From the human T2T-CHM13v2.0 reference genome, Homo sapiens: a stretch of 64,000 nt of DNA. Of the stretch, positions 29,578-42,329 are shown in pieces. How positions within the stretch are numbered: the first letter of the stretch is position 1; each line of letters begins with the position of its first letter. The notes beneath the pieces are model-generated. The model saw only the letters and a list, made by a program, of their open reading frames with translations. It did not search any database and was not told the origin of the DNA. The stretch lies in assembly GCF_009914755.1 (NCBI RefSeq), contig NC_060936.1, one strand, 5' to 3'. A program made the position numbers and the translations under genes.

Positions 29578-29961
29578 AGGTGTCTTTCTCGAGTGTTTAT
29601 ATTCCCAGGATGATACTAAATACTGCTATGAATACAAAATAGTCTGCAGACAATGCTTGGTTCAGAACAAACTCCCCAAGACTGAAGGGCTTCACAGGGT
29701 TGTTGGAAGACTAAATGAGAATCCAGGTGGAGACAGAACCCACCTTTATGATAAAAACTGAAGCCTCCAGGCACTAGCTTTTCCCAGCCTCACTTGCAGC
29801 TTGGCAAAGGCTCATGAACCAGGCTCGGCCAATCTGATGCACCAGCTCAACTCCTTCTATTCCATTGTCTCCTGGACCTGTGACCCCTTTTCCTCCCCCA
29901 CTTAAACACAATAACAAAATTCACCTTCCCTGGTTTCTGACTTGAGTCATGATTCTCTGTA

Positions 29962-30444
<483 letters not shown>

Positions 30445-31033
30445 CCTAGAACACTACCTTGGCTCCTCCCACTCCAGGCCATCTGCAGAAACCACCCTCG
30501 TGGGCAGTTGGACTATGCCTTGCACAGTAGGGCTGTCACTATAGTAACCAGCTGTGGCCACCTCTTACCTCTACCATCTTCCCGGCTTTGGTGCCCACAG
30601 ATGCAGTGATGTTACAATGAGCATTGCTATAGAAACCAGCACCGAATATGGTCTACTATCAATTTAGCTGCTTTTCCTTCACTCTCTGTGTCTCTGGAAT
30701 TATGAGCTTCCTAAACCACAAATATCGAAATTCCTTTCCAGTCTAAGAAACACTCAACAAATAACAAAGATGAAAAGTCAGGGCCACACAGTTTACAAAG
30801 GGAAGGCTATAGCATCTGCAGAGGTTTGCATCTATTTGTAAAGAAAAGGCAGGAACATCCCTCTATGTCGCTCTGTGTAGCAAGGCCTTTTCCTGCACCT
30901 GGCAGGGAGAAGATGAGTGATGCTAAAAACAATGTTGGTGATGATGATAATAACAGCCCCCATTTATTGAGCACCTTCTCGGTACCAGGCGCCACGCTAA
31001 GTACATCATCCCGTTCAATTCTTCCAATAACCC

Positions 31034-31495
31034 TGTTTATTTGTTCCCTGTGACTGCTGTAAAAAATTACCACACACGGACGCTTAAAACAACACAAAAT
31101 TCTTCTCTTAACAGTTCTGGCAGCCAGAAGTCTAAAATCAGCCTCACTGGGCTAAAGTCAAGGTATAGGCAGGGTTGGTTCTTCCTAGAGGCTCTGGGAA
31201 AGAATCTATTTCCTTGTCTTTTCCAGCTTCTAGAGACTGCCTGCATTACCTAGCTCATGGCCCCTTCCTCTCATTACTCCAACCTCTTCTACTGCTTCTT
31301 TTCCTTTTTCCTTTGACCTTCTTGCCTTCCTTTGATAAAGACCCTTGTGATTGCATTTAGGGCCCACCTGGAGGCTCCTGAACTTAATCACACGTGCAAG
31401 GTCCATTTAGCCAGTTAAGGCAGCTTTCACAGGTTCTAGGGATTAGGATGTGGACATCTTCGGTTAGGGGTGGGAGGCATTCTTCAGCCAACCAT
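31034..31495 (-). mobile_element. MLT1 (C/D-type) LTR
   Basis: ctgctgtaaaaaattaccaca...cttaaaacaacaca...aggttctagggattaggatgtggacatctt. Confidence 0.8.
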
Positions 31496-31880
31496 ACCCT
31501 CTGAGGTGGGTGCTATTATTATCCCTATTTTCCCAATGAGAGAACTGAGGCATGACACTTGAAATATCTTGTTCAAGCTCCCACTGCTAGAAGGTAGAGC
31601 TGGAATCCAGTTCCAATCAGTCTCTCTCCAAAGCCCGTGCTCCTAACCACAGCACTGTACAATCTTCAAATGGCTTTGACCCCATCCCCTACTGCACTAG
31701 GTTGAAGGAAACAAACCAAACACCATCAGCTTTCTAAAGAGTTTGAGCTTCCAGTTGAAGCCCCTCTACTGAAGACTGAAACCTCAAAATAGGATTTCTT
31801 GGTTTGGGGTACTGACCTAGAACACTACCTTGGCTCCTCCCACTCCAGGCCAAGTTTTCTTCAAAATGTCAAACCTCAAG

Positions 31881-32261
31881 TATATTAGTTTGCTGGGGCT
31901 GCCATAACAAAATGCCATGGACTAGGTGGCTTAAACAACAGAAATTGATTTTCTCCCCATTCTGGAGGCTGGAAGCCCCAGATCAAGCTGCTGGCAGGGT
32001 TGTCTTCCTCCAAGGCCGCTCTTCTTGGCGTGCATGGCCACCCTCTTGCCCCACTGTGCACACACAACCCTGGTGTCTCTCGTGTCCTGATCTCCTCTTC
32101 TTCTAAGGACATCAGTCAGACTGGATTAGGGCCACTCTAATGGCCTCATTTTAACTTCATTACCTCTTCAAAGGCTCTCTCTCCAAATACAGGCATATGC
32201 TGAGTACTGGGGGTTAGGGCTGCAACATAGGAATTTGGGGGAACACGGTTCAGCCCATAAC
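31881..32261 (-). mobile_element. MLT1A-type LTR
   Basis: tattagtttgctggggctgccataacaaaatgcca...gggggaacacggttcagcccataaca. Confidence 0.88.
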
Positions 32262-32654
32262 AACAGGTAGTTTCTCTGAACCCTGGAACAAGGCAGTTTA
32301 GCATGTGAGATGAATTCCTGAGCCCATGGATGTCCTCACTCCTAGGTTCCATACCTACTCCGCACTCTTTACCACGTCTCCAACCTCACCCTCAGCAACT
32401 CTTGATATCTTTTAATCTACTGCCTCTGGATATGCCTGTGGCTCAAGCATCCAACCATGACCTCTTTGTGGGAGGGTCCTATCTTCTGATCTCCCCAAAA
32501 CTTTCTGTCCCTATCACTAGGACCTTCATGGTCTTCTCTCCATCTTCCCTAGTCTACACACTAGGTACTTCCTAAGGCCCCAGCAACTGGCTTTTCCAAT
32601 AGAATCGAAGAATATTAGCATTGGGAAGAACTGAACAGGCTAATGGTAGCCACC

Positions 32655-32848
32655 TCTGACCTACCATCTGCATTTGTAAGTAAAGTTGTATTGGAACCCA
32701 GCCAAGCTCCTTCATTTGTGTATCATCTGTGGCTGTTCTCACTGCAATGTCAGAGTTGAGTAGTAGCAACAGAGACTGACCTTATGGCCCACAAAGCCTA
32801 ACATACTTACTAGTTAGCCTTTTACAGAAAAGGTTTGCTGAGCCCTGA
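32655..32848 (+). mobile_element. MER58
   Basis: tttgtaagtaaagttgtattggaacccagcc...ggcccacaaagcctaa...tttacagaaaaggtttgctgagccctg. Confidence 0.8.
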
Positions 32849-33967
32849 AATAGATCATCTGATGCAAACCCACCCCACTTTACAGGTGAAGACACTGAAG
32901 GCCAAAACGTTGATGGGCCAGAGGAGCCCTCCAGTGAGTTACGGGCAGATCCAGGGCTGGGATTCAGTTCTGCAAAATCCCAAACCAGGCCTTTCTCACA
33001 TCCTGTAACATTCTTTCTAGTACCCAGACTCCCCAGCCAAACTCCTTTTCCATCCTGGGTGGTCAGCCTCATCACCAGCTCTCTCTTCACCATTTCAGAG
33101 AAAGGCCATGTCCGTGTATGTTCTCCATCTCCTACTTGAATCTGGGCTTAACAGCCTTCCTGAGCTGACATGCTGGCTTGACTCTGCAGGAAGCCCATCA
33201 AGGCTTTCTCTTTCCTTCCAGAGCCTCTAGTCGCACCCTATATACCTCTCCTAACACCACAGTGAAGACGTAGATGGCCACTGTCCTGTTTGAGTGGACC
33301 ATCTCCCTCCTCTGCTCATCTCAGGCCACGTGGTTGGGGATTAACAAACCTGGCTTGCTGCAGAATTTCCAGGGGAGCTTATTTAAAATGCAGATGCCCA
33401 GGCCCTACCCCAAGACTTATGGGAGCCAAACTCTGGATGTAAAATCATGGCTGTTGCCATTTTAACAAGTTCTTCATGTGCTTCTGATGTTCAACAAAGT
33501 CTAAGAACCACTTCACTAAACCATGAGCTCCTCAAGCTTCTTTTGGGTTTTAGTCACTTCAAACAACTTCAGAATAAAGGAGACAACCAGTGGAACATTG
33601 TTCTCTTAAAAAAAAAAAGTATAAAGAGAATGCAAGATTTTTTCTTCAGCATTCTCCACCCTCTCCTTGACTCAGAGCCCTCGAATTCTTTCCCATCTCC
33701 AATTCCTCCAAAGAAAACATACAAATAATGCTATTTTTTCCCCTCTGAGTAGACAAGATAAGAAGATTTTTAAATGAGTTACTGGCAAAGAATTCATGAG
33801 CTTATATACTATTAAGGTCAGAGTGACAAGAAGAAGGCAATGTTGAAAGGAGAGAATAGGTACATAGAAAATTCCAGGAGAGGCTGGAATCCTGAGGTTC
33901 AAGGTGTCTTATTCTGGAGCTTGCCAGCTGTCTTGGTAAAGGTGTTATTTTTGAAGGCAGCAGAGCC

Positions 33968-33983
33968 TTTTTCTTTCTTCTTC

Positions 33984-34011
<28 letters not shown>
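33968..34011. repeat. (TTC)n followed by T28 homopolymer
   Basis: Read directly; no adjacent Alu or L1 body. Confidence 0.95.
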
Positions 34012-34014
<3 letters not shown>

Positions 34015-35459
34015 ATTCTTTGGCATTCACCAGGCATTGGCCGTGTGCCCTGGGCCTCGCTTGGCATCTAACTTGAAAGGCAGCAGCCCAAGGGCAGTTC
34101 TGTGATGGAGATGCAGCCCCCCAGGGACTCAGGGTTGTGGACTGTGCTCTGGGGCCACTGAGCAAAGGAATGATGAGGGGAGGCGCCTCTGAAACTTAAC
34201 CCAGAGAGTTCTCTGAGCATTTGGGGCTGGTTTCCAACAATAATGGAGACACTGTGACAAAAATAAGTTCTGCTCACCTGAGACAGTAGAATCCAATTCA
34301 ATTTCAAGTCAGCGTGTGTTTATTGAGTGCCTGATTCAGTTTAGGTGATGGAGAGAATGGGAGAATGAGGGAGACAGCCTAAGAAGCAGGCTGATTCAGG
34401 CAGAAAATCCTTGGGACTCTGCCCCACAGATAGGTCCACAGGTCCAGAAACTCAATTTTATCAGTTTCACCCAGTAAGAAATTGGTAAATCTTAGTCTGT
34501 GTCATGAGCAAATATTTATTAAGTGCCTACAGTGTGCCAGGCACCATCCTGGAGCTGCGGCGGGAGCCGTGATCCAAGAAGTCCCCATTCCCTGCCCTGG
34601 TGGAGTTTACATTCTAATGGGGCATTTGCAGAGGCAGCGGGTAAGGCCAGAGGAGTCCTCTGGGGTGAGGCCCACAATGCGAGGGATTCAAGTGAGGTAA
34701 AGTCAGGAGGAACGTCTAGGGAGAAATGGGATTTAGCCTGTGGTTTGAAGGTTAAGAGGGATGTGGATTTTTAAAGGGCTTGAAGCCTTACAGACAGGAG
34801 GCTCAGCTGCATGAACAGGAATCAGCCCATTGCATGCCAGCAAGAGTCCATGACCTGATCAGCTCCCCTGGGGTGACAGGTGCATGCTGGGTAACAGAGT
34901 GCATGCTACGAAGTTGGACAAGAGAATGTCAATATCACATGGGGTTTCTCTACACATGCTATATAGTCAAGTAACTTGGGTCTGACTCCCAGCTCTTGCT
35001 AGTCTTGTGGTCCAGGGCATGATACCTAACCTGGATCAACATCATTCTCCTGATCAATGAAATGGGCATAATCATAACTAGCACAGAGGTTGGTCCTAGG
35101 CATTCAGATGAGACCATGAATCAATGTAAATGGCTGAGCTGCTGAATATTATTAACATTGGATAAATAGATCTGACTATAGGAAAACTGGCACCTGCCAC
35201 CAAAAACTTTCTGGGAAGCTCATGACATCTGCATTTCTCAAGGGGGCTGGCTGACTTATAACCCCATCTACCTGTCATCCTCTTCTCAATGCCATGGTGG
35301 CCATGCTGGACTGAATGGCAGCCCCAGGGCCGGGGGAGGCAAGAGACATGCCAAGAACATATTTGCATGACCTAGCCTCCTTCAGTTTTGCACCCAGGGA
35401 ACCCCACTGGCTTCATGCTAGTCTGACCCCTGCTGAATGGCAGGAAACCTTTTGCATCT

Positions 35460-35930
35460 ACGTAGTGCATTTCTCAAAGTGTGGTACTTGGCCCACCTAA
35501 ATCAGAATCCCAGGGGCTGCCTATCAGAATTATCTTCTTGGACTCTAACACAATCACCATCTCTGGATATAGAGCCAGATGATTCCCAGGCCCTCTCATG
35601 ATGACTTTAGAGCAGAGGTTCTTTGAGAATGTGGTCCGCAGACCAGTAGCATCCGTATCAGGAACTGGTTAGGAATGCATTTCCTGGGTACCTCCCCTGA
35701 TCTATGGAATCAGAAACTCTGGGAATGAGACCCAGCAGTCCGTATTTTAACAAACCCTCCAGATAATTCTGATGCACATTAAATTCACATGGGGAGGTTT
35801 TGAAAACTGCCTGTATCCAGCTGCACCCTATACCAATTAAATCAGAATCCCTGGGACAGGACTCAAGTGTCATTATTTTTTCCAAAATCTTCTCCAGTAA
35901 TCCTAATGTGAGGACAGAGTTTATCATCAC
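35460..35930. mobile_element. Cluster of nested MER5-family fragments
   Basis: tttctcaaagtgtggtac; gtggtccgcagaccagtagcatc; aatcagaaactctggga...ttttaacaaaccctccagataattctgatgcac. Confidence 0.75.
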
Positions 35931-36484
35931 TGGAAGAAATAGGAAGATGGCACAAATGCGTTGCACTTAGAAAGTTGCCCTTCAGTTGTAGGCATTGTCT
36001 CAATGCGTGCAACAAGCTTGCAACAGCCTACCATGATCCCATTAGCAGGCAGGGAACTTGAGGCTCTCAGAGTTTCAGGGGTGTGACCAAGGTCCAAAGG
36101 GCCTCGAATTGTGGGCGCCACTGGGTGGCTGCCCAGCCAGCCTGGGTCTGGGGGAAGGCTGCCGGTTAACCTGGCTCTCTTTAGAGAGCCTTTTCTAGGT
36201 GCCAAAGCCTTTTGGCAGCATGTTGCCTGGGCAGAGCTGAAGCCTGAAAGAGCTCCAGAAAGACGACAGGGACGAGGCTGCAGATGGGAAGGGAGTGCTA
36301 GCGGACACCTTAGGCTTGGGTCCACAATCAGGGAGCCCCAAATAGAAATAACACGGGGCGCTGATTGGTTTTCCGCCGCTCCAGACCCTGCGCTTGGTGC
36401 TTCAAGTGACTCATCCTTATGTTCACATGATCGCCGAGAGGGATAATATTCCCAGATCAGTTACCTCCTAGCCTTTCCTAGTCA

Positions 36485-36525
36485 CATTATCCCCAGGCTA
36501 CAGATGAGGAAACTGAGGCCCAAGG
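36485..36525 (-). mobile_element. Short MIR core fragment
   Basis: attatccccaggctacagatgaggaaactgaggcccaagg versus MIR core attatccccattttacagatgaggaaactgaggcccagag. Confidence 0.65.
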
Positions 36526-36604
36526 ATTCCAGAGAGCCTGCCCCGGGGTCACCGGTGCGGTCCGGATGTCTCCAAAGGCTCTCCCACTACTCTGGAATTC
36601 AGAG
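36504..36604 (+). CDS. ABTB3: Probable coding part of an alternative first exon for a short ABTB3 isoform (MRKLRPKDSREPAPGSPVRSGCLQRLSHYSGIQ-R)
   Basis: ATG 36504 is in the same frame as the main exon (offset 246). A GC donor CAGAG|gcaggg after 36604 gives the phase 2 the acceptor needs, and the 144-nt G-rich intron removes the in-frame TAA at 36714-16. Fits my recollection of a short BTBD11 isoform with a unique N-terminus (unverified). Confidence 0.62.
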
Positions 36605-36716
36605 GCAGGGTCTCCAGGGAAAGCGGGGTGTGGGCTGGGGAGTCGGGAGATGGGGGGATCCCCGCGAGCAGGGGGTGGGGCCAAGCCGGCAGCCCCTGCC
36701 TCCGGGGAGGCCCTAA

Positions 36717-36902
<186 letters not shown>

Positions 36903-37811
36903 TAGGCGCGGGGGCGGGCGGGGGGCGGCAGGGGAGGGAGGGCTCCGGCCTCGCAGCCTCCACCCCTCCAATCAGAGCCCCGCTGGGCGGCCTGAGCCCC
37001 GCACACCTCGGCGGCGCTGGGGTGGAGGCTCCCTGGTTGAAGTGGCAGACGCGGGCTGAACAATAAGCAGGTCCCTGGAGTTGCAGGGTTGAAAGAACGC
37101 GGCGAGGCCCGTGGAGGACGGTCCGATTCTTAGATTACAGATGTCGGTGTGGTTTCTCTCTGGCTGTTCTCTCTGCGCCTAGCTTCTCCCTCTCTTTCTC
37201 TCTCCTCCCCCAGTAAAATCCGGTCTTCCTGTAGTTTTTTAACCAAACCTTACAGAGTGAAATTTCTGGCTGGGTCAGAGAGCGCCTCTGCGTTTTCACT
37301 TGCGTGAGGATGGAGTGGTCTTCTCTGCATTCCTCAGGCCTGTATCCAGGGCTCTCCTCTGTCAAGGTGGGAATTACCCATGGGCCACTCAGGGGCCCCC
37401 ATGCGTGGGTGCTCATTTTGAGCCAAAGCAAGAGAAATAAAAGAACTCACTCAGGTGAGTCATAATCTGGCTTTAAATGCAAAAAAACACAGAAACCCAG
37501 TGGGGCGTGTGTGTGTGCGTGCGCGTGCACGCACACGAACACACCTAAGAGCATGCACTTTCCCGACTCCCCCCACTCCCAGCTGTTTCCCAGGTGTCAT
37601 TGTCATCATTTTCAAATCCCTTCCTACCCACTTGATGGGAAACTGCCTTTCCTCCACAGTTCATCCAACCAGGCCAAGGGCAGAGATTTCTGCCCTTTCA
37701 GATCTGATTGGGGTTCTGCAAGGAAATGGAGGGTTTGTGGTATGCAGCAGCCCCCCGAAGGCCCAGAGCTGTCCCTCAGCCCAAGAACATGCAGAGAGCG
37801 AGTCAAAGTCA

Positions 37812-38050
37812 TAATTGCTAGCATTTATTGGATGTTTACCACATGCCGAGCACTGTTCTAAGTGCTTTACACAGATGAATATTTCCCAAACAGTGTAAAG
37901 TAGGTACTGTGATTATGCTCACTTCAAAGGTAAGGAAACTGAGGCACAGATAGGTTCAATACCATGCTCAAAGTCACTGGAGTAGTAAATAATAGAGTCA
38001 GGATATGAATTCAGGCAGTCCAGAGCCCTGGGATCATAGTTCTAACCACT
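37812..38050 (-). mobile_element. MIR
   Basis: tagcatttattggatgtttaccacatgcc...aggaaactgaggcacaga...aagtcac. Confidence 0.8.
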
Positions 38051-41000
38051 GAGCGCTTTCCTGTCTTCAGATTTTTGTCTGGGCATTTTCTGGCTGTGCC
38101 ACCATGCCTTGTACCTTGTCACCTACAATAACAGCCCATCTCAGGGAGAGGCGAGGGAACGGTCATTCACTGAGCACCTACCATGTGCCGGTTATCAATT
38201 GCAACAAAAGATTTCTCTCTTTTAATCCCCGAAGCGGCATCATGAGGTTGGCATAATCTTCCCATTTTACAGATTGGGAACCATTGGTGGAGCAGCTTGT
38301 AGGTAGAAGTGCCAAGGAAGAAATTCTTGTGGTCCTACTCTAAGTCCAGCCTCTGCCACCGGACTGTGCTGCCTCCTGTTTTCAGGGGTGGGCGGGGCAC
38401 ATTCTGCGTGCAGGCTCACTCCCACCACTCCTGCTCATTGCCCCCATCGCCAACCTGGATGTCTTGGCAGCTCCTGCTCTCCTTTTGCAGGAAGCCCGGG
38501 ACTGCTGGGTGACAGGGAAGGTTAGATGTTTTCTTAATGCTAACTGACAAAGCATTCCTTGTTTGTCATACCTTCAGGAGACCCTACAGCTTAAAAGTTA
38601 GGAGCCTGGGCTCCAGGGTCCCATTGCCTGGGTCCAGATCTCACCACCAGAGTTAATCAACTGTGCAAACTTGGGCAAGCTAGTTAACCTCTCTGGACCT
38701 TAGTTTTCCCATGAGTAATGTGGAAATATGAATAGCAGCTCTGCTTAGAGGTTGGTGTGAGCACAAAGTAGGATAATGAACGTGCAGTATCCATTCAAAC
38801 AATGCCTGAAAGGAAATAAGTGCCTATAAAGCGGTCATTTTTAACTAAAGTCCCCGAGCCTCTGCTACCGCTGAAATAATAAGGAGGCTCCTACTTAGGT
38901 ATTATTCTATAATTTTGGAAGGCCTTTAATACTTTCTCATAACAGCCTCAAAACAAACATTGGTATCCAGGAAAAGCAGTGCTGCCCCATTTTACAGAGG
39001 TGGAAATCAAGGCTTAGTGACATTAGGTAACTCTGCCAACATCACACAGATGGTAAGTGACAGAGTTGGGAGCCAGATATCGCACCCAGAGACCCAATGA
39101 TACAACCATGTGTCATTTTTCTGCTCTCTCACCCTAGACCTAGACAAGCCCTCTCAGAGGACACTATCTTCTGGATGGCTCTGTCCCTTTTCACAATTTT
39201 GCAGACTGAACATGAGCCTCAGGGGCCACTGTCCATCTCTGCGCCCCCCCTCCTCAGCACAGAGCTCTTTCTGCATGGTCTAGCGACCAAGTGTGTGTCA
39301 TTCTGACAGTCACACCAAGGATTTCAATTTCAGCATCTGTCCAGTTTGAAGCCTCAGCCCTGGCATTCAGGATGTGAATGTGATGTGCACGCAGGCCAGA
39401 ATGCACAGAGGAGCAGAGGAAGTCGGTTCCTCTGAGTCCCTGGGCTCTTTTTAATCATTTATCTCTTCATTCTTGACTCATTTGTCTCCTGAATGATGAT
39501 TTGTGTACAGAAAATATACTAATTGATTGTTCGAGCTAAATTTTCATTCGATTTGGAAATCATCTTCAAAGAGAAAACTGAAATATTCAGTTAGCTTACC
39601 TAAATAGTAAGTGAAGGATTTACAAGTTCTATTAGCTACAAAAAATTCAGGACATGAAAGGATAAACCATTTCTTTTAAAAAGAATACTTATTTTTCAGA
39701 CTAGTCAACATACAGATACATCTACACGTATATTTTCTAATCTCATTTAATGTGACATGAAGTAGGAATTACTGTCTCCATTTTGCAGGTAACAGGATCA
39801 AAGAAGTTTTGTTCATTCAAGACACCCAAGCGTTAGATACCAGGGACCCACCCTGTTCCTTACACTTACAGTCCGTGTGGTGTGTACATAGCTGTCCCCA
39901 ACAACTGTGCAAGACAGACTTTATTATCCCATTTTACAGATGAGAAGGCTGAGGCCCATTGAGGTTATGGGACTTATCCGAGGTCACACAGCTGCTGTGA
40001 GGCAGAGCAGGTCTAGAATGGAGGACTTGGCAAATAATGTAAAAATACAGTCTCCTTGCTTCCCTGCCCTCCCAGACATTCATTTTAGAAGTTGCTGGGT
40101 GGGCTTCTAGTTCTGAGTCGGTCAGAGCTGAGCTCCTTCTTTCTAAATAAACAGCCCTAGAAAGGGGAAGGCAGTTTGGTGTTCTAACAAATGCAGGAAC
40201 TTGGGACATGGTGTTGGTGGCTGGAGTGTCTGTGACTATTAGCACATATAATTACCTACCAGCTGGCCGAGGGTTCCTGGTGGGAGGCAGCCTGGATACC
40301 AGCCGGGACAGAGAGACCAGAGTCAAGGATTCCCAGGTCTGATGCTGGCACTGCCATTGATTTTCAGAGTGACCTTGATCAAAAGCTGCCAGAGCTCTGC
40401 TTTTGTCTTTATGCAGCTATGGGAAGGTCTCACCATGGTGATCAGGTTTATTCAAAAAGGAATTCCATTCCATGAGGCTGCATTTCTAAGCTCACAGTGG
40501 TGACCCATTTATTCTTCCTTAATTAAAGTATCAGATAATACAAACCTGGTGAATTCTCCCTTTTTTTTTTCCTGTTCTTTGGAAGGTGAAGGAGTGGGGA
40601 GGGCAGTGGAAGGGAAGAAAAGAGCAATTAATATATTCGACAGGGTTTCTTATGTGTTCTTAATTACTGGTTTTGAAACACTTCGGAAATATACAGAGTA
40701 AATACTGTCATTTTCCTCATACAAGAGGCCGTTTTTCTGCTCTGGAGTGAAGGCTGTGTTAAAGTAAAGATGGTCAGGGGTGTTCTTAAGTCCTCTCTTA
40801 GCTGATAAATGGTACCTATCAACAGGATTTGGGGGCTGTTTGAGCCACGAGTTTATTCCAGAAAATGGTTACTCTTTTTGCAAGTGTTTCTGTAGTGTGA
40901 ACCAGATTTTGAGCTGTTCCAGAATGGGAAAGTTTAGGGGTGGTAAGCTGCAAAGAGTAATAGAATGGGACTCAGGAGGCCTGAGTCATTACATTCTTGC

Positions 41001-42329
41001 CTTCACTCTATTGAGCACCAACTAAGTGCCAATCCCCATACAGATGCTCTCATCTAGGTCTGCCGCTTTCTAGCAGGTGACCTTGGGCAAGTCCCCTCCC
41101 CCATCTCACAGGGCTTGGTTCATCCTCTGTAAAGATGGTAGTAACAGCTGCCTTGTGGGCTGGGGAAACTTGGCGGGGGTCAGGGATGAATCTAACGAAT
41201 TGCACCACTCTATGACCTGCTACTTTCAACCCTTCCCAGGTCCCCTGGGCACCTTTTGAGGCTGACAGGTTTTGTTATTTGTCTGGTGTGGGCCAAACTG
41301 GATTATAGGTGAAGGCTGGGCCTCAACAGCACTTTTCCTAAAATACAACTCTATAATGACAGCTGGAAGTTCAGGTTCATTTACCAAAGATGAATGGGGT
41401 GCTGAGGCCTGCCCGACCCACACAGGACATCCTCTGTGGCCATTTGAGAACAAGATCGTCCAGATAAGGAGAATTCCAACCCTTGGTGTCAAAAGTTACT
41501 ATCCATTCCCTCCTGAGATCTGTATGGTACCTGATCTTTTTCTGGGGTCAGGATACATGGAGTGCCCAGGACTTAAATGTCACTGAGGTGATGCAGATGG
41601 TAAACAATAGCAGACAAATGAGCAAGATTATTTCATAGAGCATGAGTGCCACAGAGAAAGCAAAACAGGGTGTAGGGGTAGAGAGGAAGTGAGGAGGGAG
41701 GGACAAGTCCATCAGGTGTTCGGAGAGCTCCTCAGGACCTTGCAGGGGCAGGGACAGGGTCATGCTCCTGCTTTAAAGAAAGGCTTGGTATCTTATGGGG
41801 CAAGGGGCTTATGGCTTTCCATAAGCCAACTAGAGCTGCATCCGCACCAGCCATTTCCCCCAGTCATGTCCACACGTTGACCCCTGAATTCAGACCTCGG
41901 GCCTCCCCCATCTTTCCCTCCACAGGTCACCTGCAAAGGCTGAGCACCTGGGCCCAGCGTGTGGCTCTGTGAGGCCTTGGAAAGCTCCCCAGCCTCTCAC
42001 AGAGTCAGAAACTTCTCTCTCCTCTCTCCTTGAATGCCCTTGTCCTTCACTGGCCCTGAACAAATCCTGCAACTCCCCACAGACTCTCCGGCTGGGCTGC
42101 CAACCCCTTCTTCACCTCCAGCAGACATCACACTCCATGCCATGGCCCTGTGGTGACCCATTTGGAGCCGCTGCCTCCCCCGAACTGATGTCAATGCATT
42201 AGCGCCTCCCAGAAAACAGAGAAACTGCCCTCTCCCTGATCCCTGGGGAGTTGCTTTGGGGCTCAGCTGTCCTCACTTAACAGAGGAGTCAGAGACAGGC
42301 CGCGGAGCCTGCTCAAGGAGCCAGGCTAG

